Of a DNA stretch of 64,000 bases, positions 14,036-27,285 are shown piece by piece (the stretch's first letter is position 1; each line of letters opens with the position of its first letter). Source of the DNA: Chrysomallon squamiferum. Lineage: Eukaryota > Animalia > Mollusca. The stretch lies in NCBI GenBank assembly GCA_012295275.1, contig CM022665.1, positions 12,648,001-12,712,000 on the forward strand. The letters are read 5' to 3'. The position numbers were made by a program, and so were the translations under genes. The notes beneath the pieces are model-generated. The model did no database searches. It saw nothing but the letters and a program-made list of their open reading frames with translations, and was not told the origin of the DNA.

Positions 14036-15727
14036 ATACAATAATTTATTTACATTATTTTTCAGAATATCAGTGTTACCTGGCTTTGTCTTGATGGTCC
14101 ACTAAATGCTGGATGGGCAGATAATTTTAACAGTATTCTGTCTGGAGACAAAGTGAGTTATCTTTCTTTTCAAACTAGAGGCAGCTTTCCTTGAATTGTA
14201 TTAATTTTTGTATAGTACCATTTAACAATAACCTAAATTACATATGCTTGTAAAATATATATATTTGATAGATAAATTGTGTCTTTTCCAATTCTTTTAA
14301 ACCAAATAGGAAGTCTGAGTTCTGAATGAATAATTAGTTATTTTCAATATTCAGTAAAGATAAAATGTTTTTTAAAAACATGACATCAATCATGATAAAG
14401 AACAGAACAATTAAGGAATCCATTAATATAAATAGTTTTGAAAATTCATTGTATTATAACATGTTTTTGGGTGGGTTTTTTTTGTTGTTTGTTTGTTTGT
14501 TTTGTCATAAATTGTTTGTGGTGAAATAACTTCCTGTAAAATATTTGATAAATTTTTAAAAATATTTTTATTAGACACTTCATCTGAAGAACGGAGACAA
14601 GCTGTTTTTATCTGATAACATTATTTTGCTGTTTGAAACTGACAGTCTTATTTCGGCTTCTCCTGCCACAGTTGCCAGATCTGTAAGTCATTTTTGGTCA
14701 AAAATATTGGTTTGATATATTGTTGTTTTATTGCAAACAGTAATATTAATATTTATGTTAGTTTTGATCATTTATTATTATTATTGTTATGACAATTTAT
14801 TAAATTATTATTATTGTTGTTGTTGTAAATATATTTTTAAAAGTTTATTTACCAAACATTAAGCATAGTATTGTTATTTTAATTTAATTTAATTTTATAT
14901 TATTTTATTTTATTATTATTATTTTTTTTTAAAAAGGGAATTTTGTATTTGGATCAAGATGTTGTTGGTTGGAAACCTATAGCAAAAGCTTGGCTGGAAA
15001 ACCGTACTCAGCAAGAAGTGCATGTAAGTTTTAAATATTTAAATTTTTACTTCTAATATTTCAATTTGAATTACAAAATACATTTATAATTATTTTGGTA
15101 ACTTTTTCATTAAAAAGAAAGATAATATTATCATAAATTTGTAATGAAGTTTTTCCCACCAGTTTTTGTATATTTTTTATTAATATTTTATTTTACTATT
15201 CAGAATTGTGAAAATTTATATGTTGATTTAAAAAGTATTCTAATTAGAAGATTATATATACCAGTATATTTCACTTTTTTCATTTTTATTTATTTATTTT
15301 TTTTTTTCAAAAGAAATGTAATTTTATTGCTGCACATGTCTGAAAAATTAACAACCTGCCACAGCACTTTATTATTAACAAACACTTAAATTAACGCTTA
15401 ACAAAATATTCTTATTGTTTCAGTAACATTACTCTTCCAGCTGGTTATTAATACATTATTATTATTTTTTTCATTTTGTATATTATCTATAATTCATTAA
15501 CAATATAACTGTTTACATATCATCTTGCACAGTGTTCTAACTAAAACCAAAATTAATGTAAGTAAATTGGTATAGTAATACATGGTGTATGTAATTTTTG
15601 TTAAAATTTTATGAACCAGATAATTTGTCAAACATAAATTTCAGATAGTTTGGTCTCTGACTGTCAAATGAAATAATAACATTTTTGATATTCTGAAATT
15701 GCATTAATGTCACTGTTTATTTTACTA

Positions 15728-15764
<37 letters not shown>

Positions 15765-16691
15765 TTACAATTTTTATTTTTTTAAATTATATTTTATAAG
15801 TTATTATTTAATTTATATACATTTTATTTTATAATAAATGTATTTTATTTTGTTTCACTGTTTGTCTATTTTATTTTAGTTTATTATTATTTTTTTTTAT
15901 TAACCATATTTTATATTTTATTTTTCAGTTTATTCATTTTGTTTATTTTATTATTATTATTTTTTTATTATTAACATATCATTTTTATTTTTGCTAAGTC
16001 ATTAAAATTTAGTAGTAAACCATGTAACTAAATTTTACACTGAGGGCTCATTTCATCTCATTCTTTAAACAGATTGATGGAAAAACTGATAATAGCACAG
16101 AGGGGGTAACACTTCTTATTGTTGTGCATTATTACTTTTAAAATCTGCCTTTTCTTTCTCAGAATCTGTCTTCATCATGAAAACTATGTTTAAAATTATT
16201 TCTCTATAATTTATGACATTATTATTAAAATATATTGTTTATCCAAACTGAAGATAAAATGAGACTTAATTCATAAATTATTAATTTATTACATTATTAT
16301 TAAAATATATTGTTTATCCAAAGTGAAGATAAAATGAGACTTAATTCATAAATTAATCATTTTTAAACATTTAAAAAAAAATTTCAATGCACATCATTAA
16401 CTTAATTTAACTTTTAGGATCAGGTGAGTATAGTTCCTGGATCAATTCATTCTAATATTTAGAATCCTGGATCAGGCCCTCATAGATGATAATTTTAAAA
16501 ACAATAAAAGAAAAAAAAAATAGTTGTTTAACAAATGGTTGTACATATTTAAAAAAACTGGATTTCAGGATGCTTAAAAACTGAGGATGATATTTGAACA
16601 AAATAATCACAAATAGTATTAATGGTATTCATTAAGAAACTGAGGCTTTCACATTCAAATTACAAGATTATAAATCAGAAAGATTTGTTTT

Positions 16692-16727
<36 letters not shown>

Positions 16728-19700
16728 AATAATAATATTAATAATTTTTTTATTGTGTTAAAAGTACAAAAATAAGAATTCTCTGAGATGTTTGAAAAAT
16801 AATACCTGTGTTTATCTAATATGTTTGATTTAGCTATTACTGGAAATAATCTATACTGGATAAAAAAAAAAAAAAAAAAAAAAAAAACATATTTAAAGAT
16901 AGTTCAGAAACATAAGCATTATAATAAAGAACATTTAATTTTTGCTTATGCTCTGAGAATTAAATGGCAGAAATTATAGAACTTTTCCACATAGTTCTTG
17001 TATGTGTTCAGTTCAAGGTTTTTAGTTGATATTTTTAGTTGAACTCAGAGATTAAATAATAGCAAATGTTTTCCAATTGCTTGTTATTTGTTTATTTGCA
17101 TGTTTTTTAAATATTCATGAAGGAGCTAAACCCTGGATTATAATTTAACTTTTTAATCTTTACATTTGCTTAATAATCTGTGTTTAAACAGCCTGCATGT
17201 TTAATTCTAGAGTCTCTGTTGTTTTTGTTTGCATAATCAAAAATCTGCATGTTTTTTTTTTTAATATATTTGTTCCTTGTGCATGACAATGTTAGCATTA
17301 TTATATAAACATAAAGTATAAAAAAAACCTTTAAAAAAACTTGACTTATATATCAAGTAAAAACAATATAATATATACTTATATCCACATAACATATACA
17401 TACATGTATGTGTGTGGGTATATGTATGTACACATATACACACATGCACACACACACACACACACCTATACAAAAATTCATACAAACACAGACATATACT
17501 TACCATGCACATAAACATGCATACATTCATGTTAGTGCAGGCATGCACACAGGCACAAACAAAAACTCAAACTTCATATATTTGGTTCTGTTTTCTTATA
17601 GAAGAAATAATTTAGTTGGAGAGTAAACAGCCTTTACCAAACTGTTTTCTGAACAGTTTAAATTTCTTTTTCTTAATATGTGTGTCTGTGATAACTAATT
17701 AATAAAGTACTAATACACAAATCTAAATCAGGAACTTCGACATAACATTTTTGACACATTATTTATAATTGCATTTTTATTATTACCAGTTACAAAATAA
17801 CTGCTAATAAATAATATTTCATTCTTTTCAAAATTACAATTTTATATATATTTAGGAGATATTCTGTTTTTCACCATAATAATTTTGTACTGTAATAATT
17901 TAGTATTCTTACTTGATTCTGTATATAAAGTTGCATCTTTTCTAATAAATTTAGCATTACTATAAATTACTTTGATAATGTTAGATCTTTGAAAGATTGT
18001 ACAGTTAATATAAAATTGTTGAATAATTTCAGGTCCTCCAAAGATCATTTCAAAAAATATTGGACCCTATTTCCCAGTTTGTGCTGCGTGAAACCAGGTG
18101 AGTAACATTTGTTTGTGAGATAAAGAATATTATATATTTCTATGTAAGAATTGTTTTAAAGTAAATAATATATCTCTACTTTGCCAATGGAAGGGAATGC
18201 AGTTAAATTTCTTCTTAAATTTTGAAATAATTTTTTTCTATTTCATTTTGTTTAACTTCTGATGTTTTCTCTTCTTAATTTTTAATTTATATTGCTTTCT
18301 AGTTTTTCTTTTTAATTTACTTCTCCTTTTAATTGTTATTATTATTTATTTATTTATTTATTTTTTTTTTTTTTTTTGCTTTTCCATTTATTTGTATTTT
18401 GTAGTTTCCTTTATCATTCTAATTCTTTCTTTTTTTCTTTATATCAGTATTTTTGCTTTCTTTCATATATCTTCATTAAATAATATATTAGTAATTTTAT
18501 AAATAAATATCCAACCTCTGGAATAATCATATAAGATGTGTATTAAGATTTAATTCTATAAAATAACATAATAAAAAAAAAAAAAAAAAAAAAACTGTTG
18601 ATATCATTCAGATTAATGGCTAATTATTCTGTTGCAAATTTCAGTTTAGACTTTCAAGTACAGAATAATAGTATAATCATTCAAACTAAAATATTTATAA
18701 AATATAATTTAATTTAATGACAATATTCCTTTAAAACTAAGTATCTTTGGTTTTTTTTACTCGTAGACCAAAACTGAGTCTGTGTGAAGTTGGAATGTTC
18801 AAAACATGTCTGGGACTGCTGTCAGCCATGTTGGCAGACAATATTGAGATAGGAGGAGAGCAGCACATTGAGCGAGTTTTTCTCTTCTGTCTTATCTGGA
18901 CATTTGGTGGACTGCTGGACAACTCTGACCGCAAGGCATTCAGTGATCTTCTGAAAACATTGTCATCAGCGTATGTCCTACTTTAAAAAACCAAAACCAA
19001 AAATTTTATTAATTGTGTGTGTGTGTGTAAAATACACAAAATATTACTGTAGTTATGGGAACAAATAATTTTATATCTTTGTATTTTTTTTTTATTGTAT
19101 TATTTGCATCTTGTTATCTTTTGTTTGGAATAATAATGCAAGATATTTTATTTATTTTATTTTATTTATGAGAATATCATTTTCTTAACAACTGTTTTGG
19201 CTTCATATTTTTTTTTTTTTTAATATTTTGTGTTATTAAACATTATTTAAATTTCTTTAATTGATATAAAATATTTTCATTTTCAATTCAAACAAATGGT
19301 TATACAAACACATACACACACATACACACACATACATTATTTTTGATGAAAATGATTAAAGTAATTAAAAAAAAAAGATAAATATAGAAATTTTAGTTTC
19401 ATTTTATTATTATTTAAGATTGCCAGATGATGATCGAGATATCTGTGTGTTTGATTACTATGTGGATGAATCTGGAGAGTGGGATCCATGGCATTCAAAG
19501 TAAGTCCATTATAAAAATATCTCTTAAATATTTTATTGATAAATAAATTAGTGTTTTAAAGATTTCAAAAAGTACAGCAATCTTTTACAAAAAAACTTTT
19601 TATTAGAAGTTTTAAAAGCAAAATAGCATAAATAATTATTCATTGTAAAATAATTTTTTTTTTTTTTTATTATTTATTATATTTTTATTGACTTTTTTTC

Positions 19701-19867
19701 TTATGAATAATGCAATCTTAACATAAATCTTATTAAAGTGAAAGAAGGAAAAATATTAAATTATCAGTTGTGAATTCTGAGAATATATTATATTTAATAT
19801 TTATTAATATACAAAAATGATTTTTGAAAATTATAATAAATTCTCTATAATTTTTATTATGATTATT

Positions 19868-19903
<36 letters not shown>

Positions 19904-22123
19904 TTCAATTATTCCATTTATTTTGTTGGGTTGGCAACTAAGTTCCCGCCATTTTTTTAATTTAATAGATTTAAACAAAATGGCAGGAACTTAGCTGCCA
20001 ACCCAATATTTTATGTTTGTTTTTTTTATTTATATATTTCTTAATTTAATTTAATTTTATTTCTTATTTTTGTATGTGTGTTATTCAAACAAAATTGTAC
20101 AAACAAAATTGAATTATTAACTAACTTTTTATTTTTTATTTTTTTAAATATGTTTTCAGAGTTCCAGAGACCTTGGTTTCAGACAAACAAGATATGCTTG
20201 GTGAAGTATTCATTGACACAATGGACACTGTAAGTTCTATTTGATACCATCTATAATAATAATAATAATAGCAGTAACAATAATAATAATAACTAAATAA
20301 ATAATAATAGTAAATAATAGTAAATAAATAAAATAATAATATGACAAAACCAAAAATGGAATTAACAAAAGAAAAAACACAGAAAAAAAGAAGATAAAAA
20401 GAAAGAGCATAGGAATTATAATAATGATTATTATTATCTAATGTAAGATTTGTTGATTTCCGAGCTGTGTTATCGTTCAGAAATATAAATTTTCACGTCT
20501 GTTCTTACATATGTTTGTGCAAAAAGACTTATGCGGAATACAATTTAAAAAAATTTCAGATCCGCACAAGAATTTTAATGGAGTTTGCTGCTGCTTCTGG
20601 ACAGAATGTTCTGCTTGTTGGGCCTCATGGTTCAGGAAAGACTTCACTCATCAATGACTTCATTGACAGCCAAGGTTTGCAGTATATGATTACAACTGTA
20701 TATGATTTTTTCAAAATATTTTTTGTCCTATGATATAAAAATCAGTTACTATTAATCTCTTAGTGACAAAGATTAAATGTTATAATTTGTGAGGGTTTTC
20801 ATCATACAAACAGCAAATATCATGCAAATATAATCATCATTTTGTTGATATCTATTATTTTTGTTATGATTAATACTACTGTTACTGTTACTGTTACTAC
20901 TACTACTACTACTATTATTATTATTAATGTTTCTTATTTTATTTTTACAGATGCCCAGCTGTCTGTCTGTAAAAGACTTGTGTTCTCTGGAGCTTCCACA
21001 GCTAAACAACTCCAGCAGTTCATTGAGTCCAACATATACCACAGACAAGGTAAAACCAACTTAATCTTAATAGCACTAACAAAAAATAGTCACTGAATTC
21101 AACATAAATCACAGACAAGATAAAATTTACTTCATCTGAAGAGCAGTAACAAAAAATAGTCATTTAGTCCAACGTATACGAGAGACAAGATAAATCCTAC
21201 TTAATTTGAATAGCACTAACAAAAAATAGTCGCCGAGTCCATCATATATCACAGACAAGATAAAAATTATTTCATCTAAATAGCAGTAATGCATAATTTT
21301 TGTCCTATTAAATAAAATGACTACAGGACATTGAGTAATTTTCCAACATCTGCAGCTGCATGTAAAAGTTTGTTTAAACATATATTCCATCTCATTTTTT
21401 TAGGAAACTAAATATGCATTAAATTCTTTTTCTTATTTAGGATTTGTGTATGGAGCAAAAGAAAACAAAAAATTGAAGGTGTTTATCGATGATGTCAACT
21501 TGCCAAAACCAGATGTTTATGGAGTACAAACATCTAATGAGGTAAAAGCCTTATTATTCAAATACATTTTATATGATTAAATAAGATAGGTTTTAGTTAT
21601 TATTGTTAACTTAGATTTTGAATTTTGTATTGAATCTCAATAAAAGTATGCAAATAAGATATAAAATGTATTTTGTGAAAGCGTCATAGATCAACATCTG
21701 TATTTCTCTGAGAGTAAATGCATTAAATGTATTTCATTATTATTATTATTATTGTTATTGTTACTTTTTTATTATTATTTTTATTATAATTATCTATTAT
21801 TATTAATCATTATTAAATATTATTATTATTACTTTTATTAGTATTATCATTATTACTTTTAATATTATTTGTTTTATTATTTTTTATTTTTTAAACTAAA
21901 TTTTTTTTTTTTTTTTGTAGTTGCTCAGACAGTTGTTGGATGATCAGGTATTGTGCACTCTACAAAAGCCTTTTGAATGGAAAACTATTGAAGGACTGAC
22001 AGTGATATCTGCACTGGCCCTCAGTGATTACCCTGGAGTGAAAAATCAACGCATATCAGAAAGGCTTTTGGTCAGTTTTAATATTAATTTATATTGTTAT
22101 TGTTATTACTATTATTATTATTG

Positions 22124-22164
<41 letters not shown>

Positions 22165-22612
22165 ATTATTATTATTATTATTATTATTATTTTGATGACT
22201 GTTATTACTATTATAATCATCATCATCTTCATCATTGTTATTGTTAGTGTTTAAAATTCTTAAAAGCTTCTTCTGCAAGGGATTTATTTATTTCTTCCCA
22301 AAATTCGATTATTTATTTTAAATTTTAAGCAATTTCAAATTTTTTTTTTTTTTTACATCTTTATCCACAAGATTACAAAGATCAATTACTGTATGATTTT
22401 ACATTTCATGGTTTTAGATATTGAATTATATTTAATTATAGCGACATTTTGCTGTGTTCTACCTGTGTGCACCTCAAGATGATTGTCTCAAAAATATTGT
22501 TCATGGAATACTGGAGGTAAGCAAAATCTGTAAATCTCAAACTGAAACATCTGTGATCAATAAGTAATAATACAACAACAAAAATTATTTATCTCTTTAT
22601 TTATTTATTTCA

Positions 22613-22685
<73 letters not shown>

Positions 22686-25600
22686 GTTGTTGTTGTTGTT
22701 GTTGTTGTTGTGTTCTAATCACTTGTAATTTCTGAAATAATTGAATATATGAGAAAACTCACATATTTTTCATCACAGTTTGTTTTCCAGGCACATAAGA
22801 CAGAAAAAATAAACAAAAACATCTAAAATGAAAATGACAGAAAATTAATTTAATGAATTTATTTTAATTATTATTTTGTTTGTTTATTTTGTTGTTGTTT
22901 TTTTTTTACCTGGGAAATATAACAGACAAAGCATAAATTAAAAAAACCTAATTAATTTAACTGTATTTTTAGGAAAATATGATATATATGTGACAGAAAA
23001 AATATTTTTTATAAATTAACAATAATGTGTGTTATCTTCTAGATAAATATCACAGTAAAAAAACACTTTTCAATACATAAATAAAAAATCTAAATAATTT
23101 TTTTTTTTTTTCTTGTAGGCCAATATGACTGATCAGGATGCTCCAGATCTGGATCTTGATCTACACAACAGTCTGGTCGCAGCATCCTGCAAGATCCTCA
23201 CCTCACTGCAGAGTGTGCTCAGACCCACGCCAATGCCTGGACGATACCATTATCTGTTCACTCTCAAAGATCTTTCTAAATGTTTCCAGGTTTGAATGTA
23301 TTCATTTAACAGTCACTTTCTTAAGCTTACATCATTATTTGTTCACTTTCAGTGGTCTCATTAAATGTTTTCATGTTTGAATTTGTTAATTTTATTATTA
23401 TGATCTGTTATTATTAATTGTTATTAACTATTATTATTATTATTTTTATTTTATTTTTTATTTTTTATTTTATTTAGATGCCTCATTCATTTGAAACAAT
23501 TTAAATTATAAATTTATTAGATTTATTAATTTTAATATTTTTGTTTTTCTAATTAAATTAACATGCATATACATAATAATAATAAAACTAATTAAATTTT
23601 TTTTGGAATTTAAATATAAACAATATTTAATTTTAGTGTTTGAAGAGACTGCCTGATGAAAGTCGAGCTGATGAAACAATGGTTGTGTCACTATGGAAAC
23701 ATGAAATGGTGAGGATCTTGCGAGATCGCCTCAGTCGAACATGTGATCTGAAATGGTTCGATGATCTTCTTGAGTTAACTGTTGAAGACAGAGAGGTGAG
23801 ATTTCTTTCTTAGAACAGCCAAAATATACTTCATGTGAGGAAAAATGTTTTATTTTTAGAAAGGGAAATAAAATTTAAAATGTCACTCCTAATGGATATC
23901 AGTCACCAACATGAAAAGTGTGATTGTGTTATGCATACCAAAGCTGAAAAAGAAAAACTGTTTAAATTGTTAGTTTCCCTCTTCTTTTTTAATTAGTAGC
24001 TCTAATTAATAATTAATACATCAACATTCATAAAAAAAAATCTTTTTTAAATATGTCTAGGACATTTATTATTGTTGTTGTTATTGTTGTAATTATTACA
24101 GTTTTTTATTATTATTATTATTATTTATAACTATCTAATACTCAGTTAATGAAGCTTATTATTTTTTTAAATATTGAGAATTTGCTCAGAAAAAATATTT
24201 ATTTTATTTATTTATTTATTTATTTTTTTATTTTGTTGTTGTTGTTGACTTATTTTGTATTAAATTTTTTTAATGTTTTCAGTTGTGGCCAAAATATGAA
24301 GGTCCACTAAATGAGCATTTTGTGACGTTCCCAACTGACACCAGGATGTATCAAAGACCTGTCACATCTTTGGGATCAAAGCAGGTTAAGGTAAGAAAAC
24401 ACATTTTAAATATATAATACTCATTATTATGCCTTCACATATTGTGCACAATTGTTTCTTTGACTGTTTTTAAAAAAAAATACAAAAAAAGTATTATAAA
24501 TTCTTTGTGGGATTATAAAAATATCTTGTAATATCAAATTTAAATATGAAAGTAATAAAAAAAAAAATAATTAAGTAAAATACCATGTTTTTACTTACAA
24601 CTGTTCTCAGGTTCTGAATTATACCTTTGCTTTTTGTTTTTTACTTAATTGTATTAATTTTGTAAAAAATGTATTTAATTTAGTTTTATTTTACCTTATT
24701 ATATTCTGTTTTATTTCATTGTCTTCTGTTCTATTCTAGTTTAGTCTAGTCTATTTTATTCTGTTCTATTTTTCGGTTCTGTTCTGTTTTGGACGATTCT
24801 ATCTATTGTATTGTATTGTATTCTTTTCTATTCTGTTCTATTCTATTAAATTTTAGCCTATTTTTTTCTATTCTGTTTTTCTGTTCTGTTCTGTTCTGTT
24901 CTGTACCATTCTGTTTGTTCTGTTCTGTTCGATTCTGTCTTATTCTGTTGTATTCTTTTCTATTCTATTTCATCGCTTCTCTTTTTAACTTTGACAAGTT
25001 AATAAAGAAATAATTCAATCAGGAATGGTTTCAGGTTGTTCTGCAGCCCATTGAAAAGTTGTCTGATCTACACAGCTGCCTCAACACACACTTGACTCGA
25101 TATAATGAAGAATTTGGCAACGTCCGTCTCAATGTCATGCTGTCTGATTATATCATCTCTCATGTTGTCAGAATGCACAGGATCATTAGCTTCCATCATG
25201 GGTTAGTTTGGAGTTTAATTTATTTTTTTGTTGTTCTTGTTGTTAGGTTATTAACGTATCTGGTGTCCTGTCATTAGTAGTAAATTATTGTTAATATATA
25301 TAATATAGTATATATGATTTATGTTTTTTTCGTGGATAAAGAAAATTTATTTCTTATATAAATAATTTTACCACTTAAAATAGATATATCAAAAAGTGCC
25401 AAAAATGATAGTTAGATATATGCTTTGTTTTAAGCTGTTTTATCCATACAAAGTATTTAAGGTTTTCATTACTGTATTGATATTTTTTTGTTGCCAAACT
25501 TTTATTATTAGATTTATTTGTTTTGTTTATTTTTATTTTATTTATTTATTTTTCTAGAGGAAATGTACTTCAGATATGAGCTTTTTGTTCAGACTTAGAA

Positions 25601-27223
25601 ACATTTTTTTTAAACGGTTTATTTCATTTTATTTATTTATTTATTTATTTCTGTAGAGGAAATCTGCTACTGATTGGAGCTGTAGGTTCTCACTTAGAAA
25701 CACTCTGTCGACTTGCACTCCACGTTGCTGACATCCCCATACACAAAGTGGACACTGGAAAGAAAAGTAATTTCTTTGATGGCCTCCGATCAGCTGTCAG
25801 GCTTACAGGCTCTGAAGGAAAGAGTATCACTCTCATGTTCACTGTAAGTATAATTCATCAATAACATCATTGTACATTAAGCATTGGTTCGAGAAGTAGC
25901 CTCATGTTTGCAAGATTTAAATATCAGTCCATTCTGTATGGTATTTGGGCTTTTTCCCCATTTTGACCAAAGCCACATTAGACAATACTAGTTAGAAAAC
26001 TCTTAATTTGAAATATTTCATTTATGTAGATTAATACATTTTATAGGAAACATATTTTCTTAAATTATTTGTTGTAAAATATTTATCCATGTTCAAATCT
26101 CTGAAGGTTTCTCCTTAACTAAAAAAAAAAAGATTATATTTCATATAATGAAAATTTAAAAAAACATTTCATCCATCAGTTTGTTTATTTTTACAAACTC
26201 AAAATAGTTTCAGATATTTCAAAAAAGTAATACACACAAACATACATACACATTTCCCCCCAAACAAACAGACAATGTCCACATGCTCAGACACATGTCC
26301 ACATGCATGTTCACACATATCTGTTAATTGTGCCTTGTCTTATACATTATGGATAAATCTGCTAAACATTTCATTGTTATTATTACTGCAGGCTCGTCAC
26401 TTGGTTGATGCTGTTTACCTTGATGCAATCAACAGTCTGTTAGTGAGTGGAGAGTATCCTCACCTCTTCTCCAATGATGAAATGGATGGTCTGTTACAGG
26501 TAAAATTAATATATATTTTTTTTTAAATTTTTTTTATTTATTTTGTGATAGCCTTCATTTACATTTTAATTTGATATTTAAGTTATGTACTGTCTTTATG
26601 GTTTTAATTTTTAAAGATGATAGTGAATTTTGTATTTACTTTAGTTTATTATTATTATTATTATTTTTTAAATTGCTTTTATTTTATTTATTTATTTTGG
26701 GTTTGTTTTTTTGTATTTATTATCATTATTATTATTTTTATTATTTACAATGAGAAGGCAAATTTGAATTGATGATATTAATTATATTTTAAAGTTTTAA
26801 CTTAGTAGAAATTAATTTTTGTTTTTTTTAAGCTAATTTTTAACAGTAGAAATTTAAAAAAATATATTTCACAGGCACTTCATCCAGCCATGAAGAGGGA
26901 CTTTCCCAACATGTCAGTGGATCCTATGAAGTTATTTGTGGCCAGAGTGAAAAGTAACCTGCACATCTTGATCTGTCTGCCACCCAATCATGATCTACTG
27001 AAAAATGCATCTCTGTGAGTCAGACAATTTGTACTTTGAAAATTTATTATTATTTATTTCTTTATTTCTTTATTTATTTATTTGTTACATAAACTAATTA
27101 ATTTTTCAGTTTTATTTAAATAAACTTAATTATGAAAGTAATATTACCATTTATTTAAATTATTATCTCACTAAATAAACTGAAATATACCTGTTAAAAG
27201 TAAAGCTTTTATTATTATTGTTA

Positions 27224-27285
<62 letters not shown>

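Noticed and set aside
17390-17560. His/Thr- or Cys/Val-rich ORFs
   Set aside because: Products of a degenerate (CA)n/(TACA)n repeat.
21021-21290. CRISPR-like appearance of regularly spaced repeats
   Set aside because: Eukaryotic intron; whole units are homologous, there are no unique spacers and no cas genes.
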